DNA from: an uncultured Gemmatimonadales bacterium
Lineage (GTDB): Bacteria; Gemmatimonadota; Gemmatimonadetes; Gemmatimonadales; GWC2-71-9
NCBI GenBank assembly: GCA_963739455.1
Contig: CAVUAK010000001.1
Location: 992,001 to 1,056,000, forward strand
Direction: 5' to 3'
DNA length: 64,000 nt
Shown: piece after piece, positions 1 to 11,357 of the stretch
How the letters are laid out: the number at the start of each line of letters is the position of its first letter
Position numbering within the stretch: the stretch's first letter is position 1
Notes under the pieces: generated by a model
What the model saw: the letters and a program-made list of their open reading frames with translations, nothing else
Database searches by the model: none
Told to the model about the DNA's origin: nothing
Program-made: the position numbers and the translations under genes

Positions 1-426
<426 letters not shown>

Positions 427-430
<4 letters not shown>

Positions 431-1391
431 GATACGCTCCTTGTTGGCGCCCCATCGGGCGAAGACTTGAATGCCACGGCGGTGAAGAGCAGCGGCCCGC
501 GGGCGTGCGGTTCCGCGGGCAGCGCCACCTGGCGCACCGCCGTGAGTTGTGCCTGGTCGAACCATTTCCGCAGCGTCGCCGCGGAGAATCCCTGCCACTG
601 CTGGCCGAACCGCTGCCGCAGCTCCACCTGGTCGTGCGGCTGCAGGTCCACCACGAGCACGCGCCCGCCCGGCTTGAGCACGCGCGCCGCCTCCCGGATC
701 ACCTGGCCCGGGTCGCCGGCGTAGGGCAGCACCAGGTTCAGCACCGCCACGTCGAGCGTCGCATCGGCGATCGGCAGCGACGCGAGGTCACCCTGGCGCA
801 GCTCGACGTTGTTGAGTTCCGCGAGGCGGGTGCGCGCCACGTCGAGCATGGCGCTGGAGCCGTCCACCGCGATCACTGTCTTCACGAACGGCGATGCCGC
901 CAGCGCGAAGTGGCCGGTGCCGCACCCGAGATCGCCCACCACCCAGGTGGGGTCCATCAAGCCGAGCAGGCCGAGCAGCTCGAAGCGCGGCGCGAACAAC
1001 TCGGTGCGCAGCTCGTCCCACTCACCCGCCGCACCCTCGAAAAAGCCCTCCCGGGCCTGTCGCTGGGCCAGCACGTGCCGCACGCGCTCCTGGTCTCGCC
1101 GAACCTCCGCCGTTCCCTCGACTTCGGCCCGAACCAGCCGCCAGAGATCCCCAGCGCTTCGGCCTGGGCCCGGGCGTTGGCGCGATAGAGCCGGCTGGTG
1201 CCATCGGCCCGGGATGTAACCCAGCCTTGGTCAGCTAAAGCCTTGAGGTGCCGTGACATAGTTGGTTGGGGAAGCTGCAGGACTTCGCCCAGATCGCCCA
1301 CGCTCAACTCCCGCGGCTCGAGCAGGAGCAGCAGGCGGGCGCGGACAGGATCCGCGAAAAGGTCGAGCTGGGGCAGCAGTGAGGTTCCCAT
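427..1391 (-). CDS. ArsR-family HTH fused to a class I SAM-methyltransferase domain (SahR-type regulator); frameshift ~1150
   Basis: N-term [33 protein letters not shown]-term DLGCGTG, VDGS, RVLKPGG; directly upstream of ahcY. Confidence 0.9.
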
Positions 1392-1395
1392 CTCC

Positions 1396-1428
1396 ATCCA
1401 TTATTGCAGATGAATGGATAAAACGCAA
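1396..1428 (-). promoter_or_regulatory. Sigma70-like promoter with an overlapping inverted-repeat operator
   Basis: Minus strand TTGCGT-N17-AATAAT; inverted repeat ATCCATT-N10-AATGGAT at 1396-1419. Confidence 0.55.
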
Positions 1429-1460
1429 GGGGGCGCTGGGAACGCCCCCGCTTGGCGCCC

Positions 1461-1893
1461 CTATTCGACCGCTTCGCCCGTGATCAGCTTGAGCGACTTC
1501 TTCGCCATGTGGGCCACATCGTCGTTGCGATCGTCGAGCAGCTTCTGCAGCGCCGGTACGGCGGCCGCAGCGTCAGGGCCAATTTCGCCCAGGGCGAGCG
1601 CGCTCGAATAGCGCACCGGCCCACTCTCGTTGCCGAGGTTTTCGATCAGCGCCGGCACCGCGGGCTTGCGATTCCGCACCACCGTATCCCACTGCATATG
1701 CCGCCGCGACCCTGGTGTACGGAGCGGATGCGCCCAGGTCGGCGATCCAGGCGGAAAGCGGCCGGTCCTGGATGATGGGGTCAGTGCTCTTCTTGGCCTT
1801 CGGCTTGGACGTGGTCGTCTGCGCGAATGCCGATACCGTGACAACGGCGACAAGAACCAGCAGGGCGGCCAGCGTGCGCCGGAAGAACGTCAT
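1461..1893 (-). CDS. Exported HEAT-repeat (PBS-lyase-like) protein; frameshift ~1670
   Basis: Signal peptide ending SAFA; repeats AVPALIENL..VRYSSALALGEIGPDAAAAVPALQKLLDD. Confidence 0.8.
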
Positions 1894-1920
1894 GAGGTCT
1901 CTCCTCGTACGGTCATACGA

Positions 1921-2778
1921 TCACTTGGTTCGCGAAAAGGTATCGCACTGGCGTGGATCGCCGGAGTCAAAGCCTCGGCGGAACCACATCATGCGCTGCT
2001 CGGAACTGCCGTGCGTGAACGACTCGGGGCTGACGCGCCCGGTCGACATCTTCTGCAGGTGATCGTCACCCACCGCCGCCGCCGCCCGGAGTCCCTGGTC
2101 GGCCTCGCCCGGATCGAGCTTGCCGCGCTGGGCCGCCGCGTGGCCCCAGACGCCGGCGTAGCAGTCGGCCTGCAACTCGAGGAGCACCGACGCCTGGTTC
2201 GCGACCTCGGGCCGCGACTGCTGCAGCTGGCTCACCTGCTGCGACGTGCCGAGCAGCGTCTGCACATGATGGCCGAGCTCGTGGGCCAGCACGTACGCCT
2301 GGGCGAACTCGCCCGATGCACCCATCTGCCCCAGCTGGTCCCAGAAGGAGAGGTCCACATAGACCTTCTGGTCCGCGGGACAGTAGAACGGTCCGCTCGC
2401 CGCCTGCGCCGTACCGCAACCCGACCGCACCACATCGCGGAACAGCACCAGCCGCGCGTCGCTGTACTGGGTGTTCATCGTCTGCGGCAGGAGCACGGCC
2501 CACACCGTGTCCTGGGCATCGTTCAGCACCCACGACATGAACTGGACCGCCTTCTCCTCACGCGGATCGTCGATCGGCGCCGGTTCGGCGGAGGGGCCGC
2601 TGGAAAGGCCGCCGGCACCGCCCGCCAGGCTCAGGAAGTCCTGCTTGAAGATCAGGCTCAGCACCACCAGGACGACGATGCCTCCCAGGCCCAGGCCCCG
2701 GCCGCCGCCGAAACCGCCAGGCGACGCGCCGCGCCGATCTTCAAGGTTCTCGCTCCTGCCACCGGGCGTCCAGCGCAT
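1921..2778 (-). CDS. Neutral zinc metallopeptidase (YpfJ-like)
   Basis: RSENLEDRRG, SGCG..GPFYCPAD, AYVLAHELGHHVQ, ELQADCYAG, ESFTHGSSEQR. Confidence 0.92.
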   Translation of the reverse strand: MRWTPGGRSENLEDRRGASPGGFGGGRGLGLGGIVVLVVLSLIFKQDFLSLAGGAGGLSSGPSAEPAPIDDPREEKAVQFMSWVLNDAQDTVWAVLLPQTMNTQYSDARLVLFRDVVRSGCGTAQAASGPFYCPADQKVYVDLSFWDQLGQMGASGEFAQAYVLAHELGHHVQTLLGTSQQVSQLQQSRPEVANQASVLLELQADCYAGVWGHAAAQRGKLDPGEADQGLRAAAAVGDDHLQKMSTGRVSPESFTHGSSEQRMMWFRRGFDSGDPRQCDTFSRTK

Positions 2779-2930
2779 TACGACCTCCAATCTGTTTCGA
2801 CCAAGATAGCCGGAGCCGGAAACTATCCCGGGTATGCTCTCCGTACGGTGTCGAGCTACTTGTACCGGCTCTCATTCTACACGTTTCAGGGTTATACGTT
2901 CAGGGCAGTTCGTCCCGTTGGTTCACCTCG

Positions 2931-4314
2931 TTGTGCGCACGATCTTCCAGGAGCATCCGCTTGATCCGTCAGGGCGCCCTCGTCACCGCCTTCACCGTTG
3001 GTTGTGTCTCGTCCATTGCTGCCCAGGCCGGCTCTCCCGCCGGCCCTGTTCCCGTCGAGCGGCTGACCGCCCGGCGCGATGGACTGGCGCGCGTCATGGT
3101 CAGCGGCATTGCCGTCCTTCGCTCATCTACCGAGAAGAACATCGAGGGCGACTACCCCCAGGATTCCGACTACCGGGAATCCAACGACTTCTTCTACCTG
3201 ACGGGCATCGAGTCGAAGGATTCGTGGCTCGTCGTCGTGGCCGACTCGGGCAAGCCCACGCGCGTGACGCTGTATCTCCCACCCCGCGATCCCCAGTCGG
3301 AGCGCTGGACCGGGCCAACCCTCGGGCCGGGCACTGAGGCTACGGCCCTCACGGGCGTCACGGACGTGCGCAGCGCCGACAGCGCCGAGACCCAGATCAA
3401 GAACCTGCTGCAGGCCCGCACCTGGTCGCGGAAGGGCGGCTCCCTCTTCGTGGACCGGAGCCAGCGCTCGCGACAGGATGCTTTCCTGCGCGACCTGGTG
3501 TTCAGCGGTGAGCGCGACGAATTCATGCTTCCCGCCGTCAACCTTCCTGCCGCGGTGGCGCAGCTGCGCCTGGTCAAGGATGCCGACGAGATCCGCCGCA
3601 TGCGGGCCGCGATCGACCTGACGGCCGAATCACAGGTCGATGTCATGAAGGTCGTCAAGCCGGGCATGACCGAGTACCAGGTGGAGGCACTGATCGAGAG
3701 CGGGTTCCGCAGCCGTGGCGCTGAGCGGCTCGGGTTCCCCAGCATCATCGGGTCGGGCCCGAACTCCACCACGCTGCACTATGACAAGAACCGTCGTACC
3801 ATCGCGGCCGGTGACCTGGTGGTGATGGATGTAGGCGGGGAGTACGGCTACTACTCGGCCGACGTCACCCGCACCGTGCCGAGCCGACGGGAAGTTCACG
3901 CCGCGCCAGCGCGCAGATCTACGACCTTGTGCTTGCGACCCAGCAGGTGGGCATCGACTCGGTGCGGCCGGGCATGACCATCGGCCGGCTGAACCAGATC
4001 AGCCGGGAATACATGAAGGAGCATTCCGGGACGCTCTGCGGCAACACCACCTGCGACAGCTACTACATCCACGGCCTGTCGCACTGGCTCGGCATGGACG
4101 TGCACGATGTCGGCGACTACACCACGCCGTTCGCCCCCGGCATGGTCCTCACCGTGGAACCCGGGCATCTACATCCCCGATGAGCAGCTCGGCATCCGGA
4201 TCGAGGATGACGTGCTGGTCACCGCCACCGGTCATGAGCTGTTGTCGAACAAGGCTCCGCGCTCACCCGACGAGATCGAGAAGACCATGAAGATCCGGCA
4301 AGAAGGGGAAGTAG
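2931..4314 (+). CDS. pepP: Xaa-Pro aminopeptidase (M24B) with signal peptide; frameshifts ~3885, ~4165, ~4295
   Basis: FFYLTG, RLVKDADEI, LHY..DVGGEYGYYSADVTRT, HGLSHWLGMDVHD, TVEPG, GIRIEDDVLVT. Confidence 0.88.
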
Positions 4315-4315
4315 C

Positions 4316-4802
4316 ATGCGTGATCGATCGCCGGTTCTTGCGGCTCTCGCCGCGCTTTGCGTCGTCGCGTCCCCTCGCGGGGCACAGGCGGCGTCATCGG
4401 GCGACGAGGCCGCGGTGCGTGCCGTCATCGCCCAGCTTTTCGACGGAATGCGCGCCCGTGACTCGCTCATGGTCGCCGGTGCCTTTGCTCCGGGGGCCAA
4501 GCTCATTTCGTCCGGCATGAAGAAGGGCGCCCCCGCGGTCGACCCGATTGCGGCCACCGAGTTCGCGTCAATGGTCGGCAAGGCCACTGGTGCGAAGTGG
4601 GACGAGCGGATCGCACGACGTCACGATGCAGTTCGACAACGGGACCCTGGCGGCCGTCTGGGCTCCGTACGAGTTCTACCTTGGCGACACGCTCAGCCAT
4701 TGCGGCGTCGACGCGTTCCATGTCGCAAAGCTTCCCGAGGGCTGGAAGATCATCGCCCTCTCCGATACGCACCGGCGCGAAGGTTGCGGACAGGGCAAGT
4801 AG
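4316..4802 (+). CDS. Exported NTF2-like fold protein; frameshift ~4615
   Basis: Signal peptide; AVRAVIAQLFDGMR; C-term LAAVWAPYEFY..SHCGVDAFHV..GWKI. Confidence 0.8.
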
Positions 4803-4837
4803 GCGATCGCGGCGCCCCGCGCCTTCAGGAGGACGAG

Positions 4838-6383
4838 ATGCAGAAGAAGTGGCTGAGTTTACTGGTGGTTCCGGTCGTGGCGGTGGCCGCGATGTCGGTG
4901 CTCGCGGCCGGCGCGCCGCAGCGCGACGGGGCAAGACTGTTGGACCAGGTTATGGCGCGGCTGCAACGGGAGGCCATCGATTCGATCTCCCAGGACGAGA
5001 TCTACGAGCGGGCCGCCCGTGGGCTGGTGCGCCAGATCGATGACCCCTATGCCGCCCTCTTCTCGCCCGAGGAGCTCGCGCGCTTCTCCCGTGAGAGCCT
5101 GGGCAATTCCTACGGTGGCGTCGGTCTGCTGATCGAGGACCAGGACGGCGCCATCGTGGTGACCCGGGTCTTCGCCGACACCCCCGGGGAGCACAGCGGT
5201 ATCGTGGCCGGCGACCGGATCCTCGAGGTCAACGGCGAGTCGGTGAAGGGCTTCAAGCTGGACCAGGTGTCGCGCCGGCTTCTGGGCACGCCGGGCACGC
5301 CGGTGGCGCTGATGATTTCCCGCGAAGGCGCTCCGGCCCCGCAGAAATACGACCTCGTCCGCGCCACGGTCCATGTGCCGAGCGTCCCGATCGCGATCGT
5401 GCTCGATGGCGGCATCGGGTACGTATCGCTCCAGCGCTTCAACGACGTGGCCAGCGAGGAACTGGGGCGCGCCGTTGCCCGGCTGCAGAGTCAGGGCGCG
5501 CGCGGGCTGGTGCTCGACCTCCGCGGCAATCCCGGCGGCGACGTGGAGCAGTCGGTGCGCGTCACCAACCTGTTCCTGCCGCCCGGCGAGGACGTGGTCA
5601 CGGTGAAGTACCGGAGCCGTCCCGCCGACGAGCGACGCACGGTCGCCGTCCCGGTGGCGCCCGACATCCCGCTCGTGGTGCTCACCGACAGCAACACTGC
5701 CTCCGCCGCCGAGATCGTGGCCGGTGCGCTGCAGGACCATGACCGCGCGGTCCTGCTCGGCACCACGTCGTACGGCAAGGGCGTCGTGCAGACGCTGTAT
5801 CCGCTCGACGGCGGGTGGATGCTCAAGCTGACGAATGCGAAGTGGTATACCCCGAGCGGCCGGTCGATCCAGCGGGATCACCAGCCGAAGAACGACTCGC
5901 TGCCGCCGGCCGATACCACGCGTCCGGCCTTCCGCTCCGACAATGGCCGTATCGTGCTGGGTGGTGGCGGTATCGTGCCGGACGTGGTGATCGGCGCCGG
6001 ACACGCTTACCACCATCGAGCAGGTGGTGCAGCGCGCGCTGTCGGCGAAGGCGCGGGAGTCGAATACGACGCTGTCGCAGATGACGAAGGAACTGAAGCC
6101 GAAGGTGCGCTACAACTTCACCGTGCAGCAGGCCTGGCGGGACACGCTGTACCAGCGACTCACCCGGTCGGGCGTGGAGATCACGCGCGCCCAGTACGAC
6201 TCGAGTCGTGCCCTCATCGACCGGCTCATCGAGCAGCGCCTCAGCCGGTCTGCCTTCGGCGACTCGGCTGCCTTCCGCCGCTGGGCACCGGAAGACCCGC
6301 AGCTGCACAAGGCGGTCGAGTTGCTGGGCGGGGCAAAGTCACAGCAGGAGCTGCTGGCGGTGGTGATAAAGGAAGAGGGCTAG
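4838..6383 (+). CDS. S41 carboxy-terminal processing protease (PDZ + S41); frameshift ~5995
   Basis: DDPY, YGGVG PDZ, LDLRGNPGG, TASAAEIVAGALQDHDRA, SYGKGVVQ, YTPSGRSIQ, GGIVPD, DPQL; AGGAGG RBS. Confidence 0.92.
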
Positions 6384-6405
6384 CCGTCCTCCAGCGCAGC
6401 AAGAA

Positions 6406-6441
6406 ACGGGGAGCAGGCCGGTGCTGCTCCCCGTCTTTCTT
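6406..6441 (+). terminator. Rho-independent terminator (probably bidirectional)
   Basis: 11-bp stem ACGGGGAGCAG/CTGCTCCCCGT followed by CTTTCTT and preceded by an A-rich tract. Confidence 0.75.
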
Positions 6442-6539
6442 GTTGCGAGCACCGCCCCTATCCAAAACCGTTCCTGAGGGTCAATCTCTTGGGGGAGCGC
6501 CCTGCCAGTGAACCCGCCTGAAGGTGACCGGAGCCACCA

Positions 6540-7406
6540 ATGGGAAAGAAGGACAAGTCCCACAAGTCCAAGGGGAAGAAGCACGACGATGACAGCGCCG
6601 TTTCGCCGGTCATGGACGCCGGCACGGCGGATCGCGAGCCACTCTCCGGCAAGGAGTATGAGCGCGAGCTCAGGCGCTTGCATGTCGAGTTGGTCAAGCT
6701 CCAGGAATGGGTCAAGCGGAAGGGCCTCAAGATCTGCATCCTCTTCGAGGGGCGGGATGGCGCCGGCAAGGGGGGCACGATCAAGGCGATCACTGAACGC
6801 GTCAGTCCACGCGTGTTCCGGGTGGTGGCGCTCCCGGCGCCGACGGAGCGCGAGCTGTCACAGATGTATGCCCAGCGCTACCTCCATCACCTGCCCGCTG
6901 CGGGCGAGATCGTCATCTTCGATCGCAGCTGGTACAACCGCGCCGGGGTCGAGCGGGTGATGGGCTTCTGCACCGAGGAGGAGGCCCAGGGCTTCCTCAA
7001 GGTCATACCACATGTCGAGAAGCTGATGGTCGGGTCCGGCATCCTGCTGCTCAAGTACTGGCTCGAGGTAAGTCCGGAGGAGCAGCAGCGGCGACTGGAA
7101 TCGCGGATCGATGACGGTCGCAAGATCTGGAAGCTCTCGCCCATGGACGTGAAGTCCTTCGACCACTGGGACGATTACACGAGGGCTCGCGACGAGATGT
7201 TCGCCGCCACCGACTCCGAGTGGGCGCCCTGGTTCGTGGCCCGTTCGGAGGACAAGAAGCGTGTACGCCTCAACGTGATCCGCCACCTCCTCGACCAGGT
7301 GGACTACAAGGACCCGAAGGCGGACCGGGTCGAGCTGCCCCGGCGAAAGATCGGCCGTTACCAGGCCGTCGACTATCCGTTCAAGTACGTCCCCGAACCA
7401 TTCTGA
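6540..7406 (+). CDS. ppk2: Polyphosphate kinase 2
   Basis: FEGRDGAGKGG, FDRSWYNRAGVERVMGFC, WKLSPMD. Confidence 0.96.
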   Translation: MGKKDKSHKSKGKKHDDDSAVSPVMDAGTADREPLSGKEYERELRRLHVELVKLQEWVKRKGLKICILFEGRDGAGKGGTIKAITERVSPRVFRVVALPAPTERELSQMYAQRYLHHLPAAGEIVIFDRSWYNRAGVERVMGFCTEEEAQGFLKVIPHVEKLMVGSGILLLKYWLEVSPEEQQRRLESRIDDGRKIWKLSPMDVKSFDHWDDYTRARDEMFAATDSEWAPWFVARSEDKKRVRLNVIRHLLDQVDYKDPKADRVELPRRKIGRYQAVDYPFKYVPEPF

Positions 7407-7410
7407 GCTC

Positions 7411-8496
7411 ATGCCAGCACCCTTGACCAGTGGCTCCTACGACGACCTGGTCAGCCGCCTCGTCCTGATCTTCGGCGTCGCCGTCATTGCCGCTGTCAGC
7501 GTCTGGATCATGGCGCCTTTCCTGCCCGCCATGCTCTGGGCGTGCACCATTGCGGTGGCGACCTGGCCCCTCCTGCTCCGCCTTGAGGCGGCCTTTGGAG
7601 GGAGGCGCTGGGTGGCGACATCATTGCTCATCCTGCTCCTCCTCCTGGGCTTCTTCATTCCGTTGCTGCTGGTGACGGAGACGGTTGTCTCGCATGCGGA
7701 TGACGCAGCCAAGCTTGCCAACGACCTCTCGACCAACGGCCTGCCGGCCCCGCCCGCCTGGCTGGAGCGAATTCCCCTCGCCGGCCGCCGGCTCGCCGCC
7801 GAATGGGCGGCGATGGCCCAGCTGGACGAGTCGGCACTGTACGAGCGCCTGGCGCCGGCCCTCAAGGCAGTGACCCAGTGGCTGCTCGGCAGCGCGGGGA
7901 GCCTGCTGCGACTGGTACTGCAGGTGGTCCTGACGGCAGTGATCACCGCGATGCTCTACGCCAAGGGCGAGATTGTCGCTGGTGGCCTTCGTGCTTTCTT
8001 CCGTCGAGTGGGTGGCGAGGGAGCCGACGCCCTTGTCCTGCTGGCCGGGAACGCGGCACGAGCGGTGGCGCTGGGTGTCGTGGTGACGGCGCTGCTTCAG
8101 TCGCTCCTGACGGGCGTCGCCCTGGCACTCGCCGGCGTACCCGCCGCCGCCGTGCTTGGAGGCCTGGCACTCGTCCTCTGTCTCGCGCAGGTGGGGCCGC
8201 TCATCATCCTCGTTGCCGCGGTGGCATGGCTCTACTGGTCGAAGCAGGTCACGGCGGCCACGGTGCTCGCGGTCGCATCGATCGGGCTCGTCTCCATGGA
8301 CAACATCCTGAAGCCGATCCTCATTACCCGCGGCGCCAACCTGCCGCTGCTGCTCGTGTTCGTCGGCGTCATCGGCGGCATGCTTGCGTTCGGCCTCATC
8401 GGCATCTTTATCGGGCCGGTCGTGCTCGCCGTATGCTGGACACTGGTGCAGGCCTGGGTGAGGAGCGACTCGGTCGACGCTTCGTCGTCGGGCTAG
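7411..8496 (+). CDS. AI-2E family transporter (YdiK-like)
   Basis: Multi-TM; PFLPAMLWA, DNILKPILI, GVIGGMLAFGLIGIFIGP. Confidence 0.9.
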   Translation: MPAPLTSGSYDDLVSRLVLIFGVAVIAAVSVWIMAPFLPAMLWACTIAVATWPLLLRLEAAFGGRRWVATSLLILLLLLGFFIPLLLVTETVVSHADDAAKLANDLSTNGLPAPPAWLERIPLAGRRLAAEWAAMAQLDESALYERLAPALKAVTQWLLGSAGSLLRLVLQVVLTAVITAMLYAKGEIVAGGLRAFFRRVGGEGADALVLLAGNAARAVALGVVVTALLQSLLTGVALALAGVPAAAVLGGLALVLCLAQVGPLIILVAAVAWLYWSKQVTAATVLAVASIGLVSMDNILKPILITRGANLPLLLVFVGVIGGMLAFGLIGIFIGPVVLAVCWTLVQAWVRSDSVDASSSG

Positions 8497-9657
8497 GTGA
8501 CGATGGCAGCAGCGACACTCGTTCGAGGAGCTGCCGCTGTGCTGGTGATCCTGGCGCTGCTCGCAGTGCCCGCCCCGTTGCTGCCGCCGCATGCGCTCGC
8601 CGAGGCCGTCCAATCACTACTTGGTGTGAGCTGGAAGGCGGCGTATCTCATTGCCGCGCTGGGATTGCAGTCTGTTTTCTACGGGTCGCTTGGCGTGCTG
8701 GCGACGTTTGCGCTGAGCCGGGCCGAGGGCCGGCGCGAGCGGGTGTTGCAGCTGGCGTTCATGCCGTGGGCCCTGGTGGGAACGGCGCTCGCCGTCCGGT
8801 CACTGAAAGCGGGGCACCTGCCGGTCTGGACCAACGCCATCGTGCCGGTCACCGCCTGTCTGGCTGGTGCGGGCCTCGGACTCGGCCTGCGGTATGACAG
8901 ATGGAAGGCGACGCTGGCAGTGACGGTGGCCGTCATCGGGGTGACACTGTGGGCGTGGCGCGCAGATCCCCCGTCGGCGCTGCGTCACGCCACGAGCAGT
9001 GGTCTGCGACGACTCGTCGCCATTGATTCAACTTCACTGCCACCCGATGGCGACACGCGCTTTGGAGTCCTGGTGCGAACCGCTTTCAATTCCTCGCCAG
9101 AGGAAGTTGCGCGCACCAGCGCAATCGACCGGAACCGGGCCGCCATCCTGGCACTTGGTATCGCCGTCGGGGACGGGCGGCTGGCACGGCTGGTTGGATT
9201 GGAGCAGGACACTGCGCTGGTGCGCCGGGCGGTGCTGGTGGGCAGCGGCGCCTCGCTGCGCGGGCGGAACGACTGGTCAAAGCACTACACCGTCAGCGCG
9301 GCGCTGGCGGTGCTTGAGCACCCACTCGTGAGCGATGCGGCCGGCCTGATGAAGGAACAGCTGGATGCCCTGGCACAAGGCAGCGGTTTCTCGTTCGGCG
9401 ACCTGGCGGCCGACCGTGCGGGCATCAGGTTTTCCGCGGCGGCCACGCGTTCAGACGCTGCGGCGCAGGCGATGCAGGCCCGGCTGCGAGACGGCTTTTC
9501 CGTGACTGATTTCTTCCCGTCGATTGCCGACCTTCCTGAAGACCTCACCGTCGAACAGTTCCGTCGTGACTACGGCGGCATCGGCAGCAAGGAATACCAC
9601 CGGGCCACCGCGGGCATCGAGGCGCGCCTGGATAGTTGCCCTGGACTTTCGCCGTAG
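8497..9657 (+). CDS. Hypothetical membrane protein with a C-terminal YfiM-like motif
   Basis: About 5 N-terminal TM helices; KHYTVSAAL..GLMKEQLD..GSGFSFGDLAADRAG. Confidence 0.7.
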   Translation: MTMAAATLVRGAAAVLVILALLAVPAPLLPPHALAEAVQSLLGVSWKAAYLIAALGLQSVFYGSLGVLATFALSRAEGRRERVLQLAFMPWALVGTALAVRSLKAGHLPVWTNAIVPVTACLAGAGLGLGLRYDRWKATLAVTVAVIGVTLWAWRADPPSALRHATSSGLRRLVAIDSTSLPPDGDTRFGVLVRTAFNSSPEEVARTSAIDRNRAAILALGIAVGDGRLARLVGLEQDTALVRRAVLVGSGASLRGRNDWSKHYTVSAALAVLEHPLVSDAAGLMKEQLDALAQGSGFSFGDLAADRAGIRFSAAATRSDAAAQAMQARLRDGFSVTDFFPSIADLPEDLTVEQFRRDYGGIGSKEYHRATAGIEARLDSCPGLSP

Positions 9658-9694
9658 GCGGGATCATGGACCCTGAAGCACCCTCGGTACCCTG

Positions 9695-11356
9695 ATGCTG
9701 AGCCGGTCGATTCCCGCCCTGGGTTGGCTGCGATCATACGAGGGGTCCTGGCTGCGGGGCGATATCGTTGCCGGCATCACGCTCGCGGCATACGTACTGC
9801 CCGCCGCGCTGGGTGACGCCTCGCTGGCCAACTTGCCGCCCGAGGCCGGGCTCTACGCGTGCCTGTGGGGCGGCCTTGTCTACTGGCTCTTCTGCAGCGC
9901 CCGGTACACCACGGTCTCGGTCACTTCCGCGATCTCGCTCCTCGTGGGTGCGTCGCTCGGCGGCATCGCGGACGGGGACGCCACCCGGTTCAGCGCCCTC
10001 GCCGCGGGCACCGCACTTCTCGTGGCCCTGATCGCGTTCGCCGGCTGGCTGGCGTCGGCCGGTGCAATCGTCAGCTTCATCTCCGAGAGTGTGATGGTCG
10101 GGTTCAAGTGTGGCGTGGCACTCTTCCTTGCCAGCACGCAGTTGCCGAAGCTCTTCGGCATCCACGGCACGCACGGCAATTTCTGGCAGAACAGCGGCAA
10201 CTTTCTTACGCACCTGCAGGAAACCAACGCTCCATCGCTGATCATCGGTGGGATTGCGCTGGCGGTGCTCGTGCTCGGGAAGGCGCTCCTGCCGAACAAG
10301 CCCGTGGCATTGCTGGTAGTGGCCGGCGGTATCGCCGCCTCCGCGTGGCTTGGCCTCGAGGCAATGGGAGTAAAGCTGCTCGGCACCGTACCGCAGGGCC
10401 TGCCCGCACCCGGATTGCCGGCGATCGGCTGGGCGGACCTCAATAGCCTGCTCCCGCTCGCGATCGCCTGCTTCATGCTGGCGGCGGTAGAGACCGCCGC
10501 CATCGGCCGCACCTTTGCGACGAAGCATGGCGACCACCTCGACGCGAACCAGGAACTCCTGGCGCTCGCGGCGTCGAACCTCGCTGCCGGACTCGGGCGC
10601 GGCTTCCCCGTGAGTGGCGGCATGTCTCAGTCGCTGGTCAACGAGGGCGGGGGGGCGCGCACACCGCTATCCGGCGCCTTCGCGTCGGGAATCATTCTCG
10701 TGGTGGTGCTCTTCTTTTCGCACCTGCTGGCTGCACTGCCCCAGCCGGTGCTGGCGGCCATCGTCCTCCTTGCTGTCACCGGGTTGTTCAACGTGAGCGC
10801 CCTCAAGCACCTCTGGCGCGCCGACAGGGCGGAGTTCCTGGTGGCGATGGCCTCCCTGGCCGGTGTCCTGAGTTCGGGACTGCTGCGCGGCGTGCTGATC
10901 GGCGCGATCATCTCGATGGTGCTGGTGATCCGGCGCGCGTCGAAGCCCAATGTGGCGCTGCTCGGACGCATCCCGGGCACGCGCCGATTCTCCGACCTGG
11001 AACGCCATACGGACAACGAACAGGCTCCCGGGGTGATGGTGTTCCGCCCGGAATCGGGCCTCTTTTATTTCAACGCTGATCACGTACGCGATAGCATCCT
11101 GCACCGCGTCGCCGCCCAGGACTCGCCGCCCAGGCTAGTGGTGCTCGACCTGTCGGCCGCGCCCTACGTTGACCTGCATGCGGCGCAGATGCTGGGGACC
11201 CTGGCGGAATCGTTGAAGGCGATGGGATCGCAGGTACATGTGGTCGAGGCGCATTCCGGCGTGCGGGACCGGATTCGGGCGGAAGGCCTGGACGCGCGTC
11301 TCGGCGGGATGAGTCGGGTCACCAGTGTCGCCGACGCCGTGGAGGCCGCGACCTAG
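9695..11356 (+). CDS. SulP-family anion transporter with STAS domain
   Basis: GDIVAGIT, AGLY, DANQELLAL, GFPVSGGMSQS, C-terminal STAS (VVLDLS). Confidence 0.93.
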   Translation: MLSRSIPALGWLRSYEGSWLRGDIVAGITLAAYVLPAALGDASLANLPPEAGLYACLWGGLVYWLFCSARYTTVSVTSAISLLVGASLGGIADGDATRFSALAAGTALLVALIAFAGWLASAGAIVSFISESVMVGFKCGVALFLASTQLPKLFGIHGTHGNFWQNSGNFLTHLQETNAPSLIIGGIALAVLVLGKALLPNKPVALLVVAGGIAASAWLGLEAMGVKLLGTVPQGLPAPGLPAIGWADLNSLLPLAIACFMLAAVETAAIGRTFATKHGDHLDANQELLALAASNLAAGLGRGFPVSGGMSQSLVNEGGGARTPLSGAFASGIILVVVLFFSHLLAALPQPVLAAIVLLAVTGLFNVSALKHLWRADRAEFLVAMASLAGVLSSGLLRGVLIGAIISMVLVIRRASKPNVALLGRIPGTRRFSDLERHTDNEQAPGVMVFRPESGLFYFNADHVRDSILHRVAAQDSPPRLVVLDLSAAPYVDLHAAQMLGTLAESLKAMGSQVHVVEAHSGVRDRIRAEGLDARLGGMSRVTSVADAVEAAT

Positions 11357-11357
11357 C

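Noticed and set aside
4316..6511. 731-aa NTF2-S41 fusion ORF
   Set aside because: Frameshift artefact; the NTF2 gene ends at 4802 and the S41 gene has its own RBS and ATG at 4838
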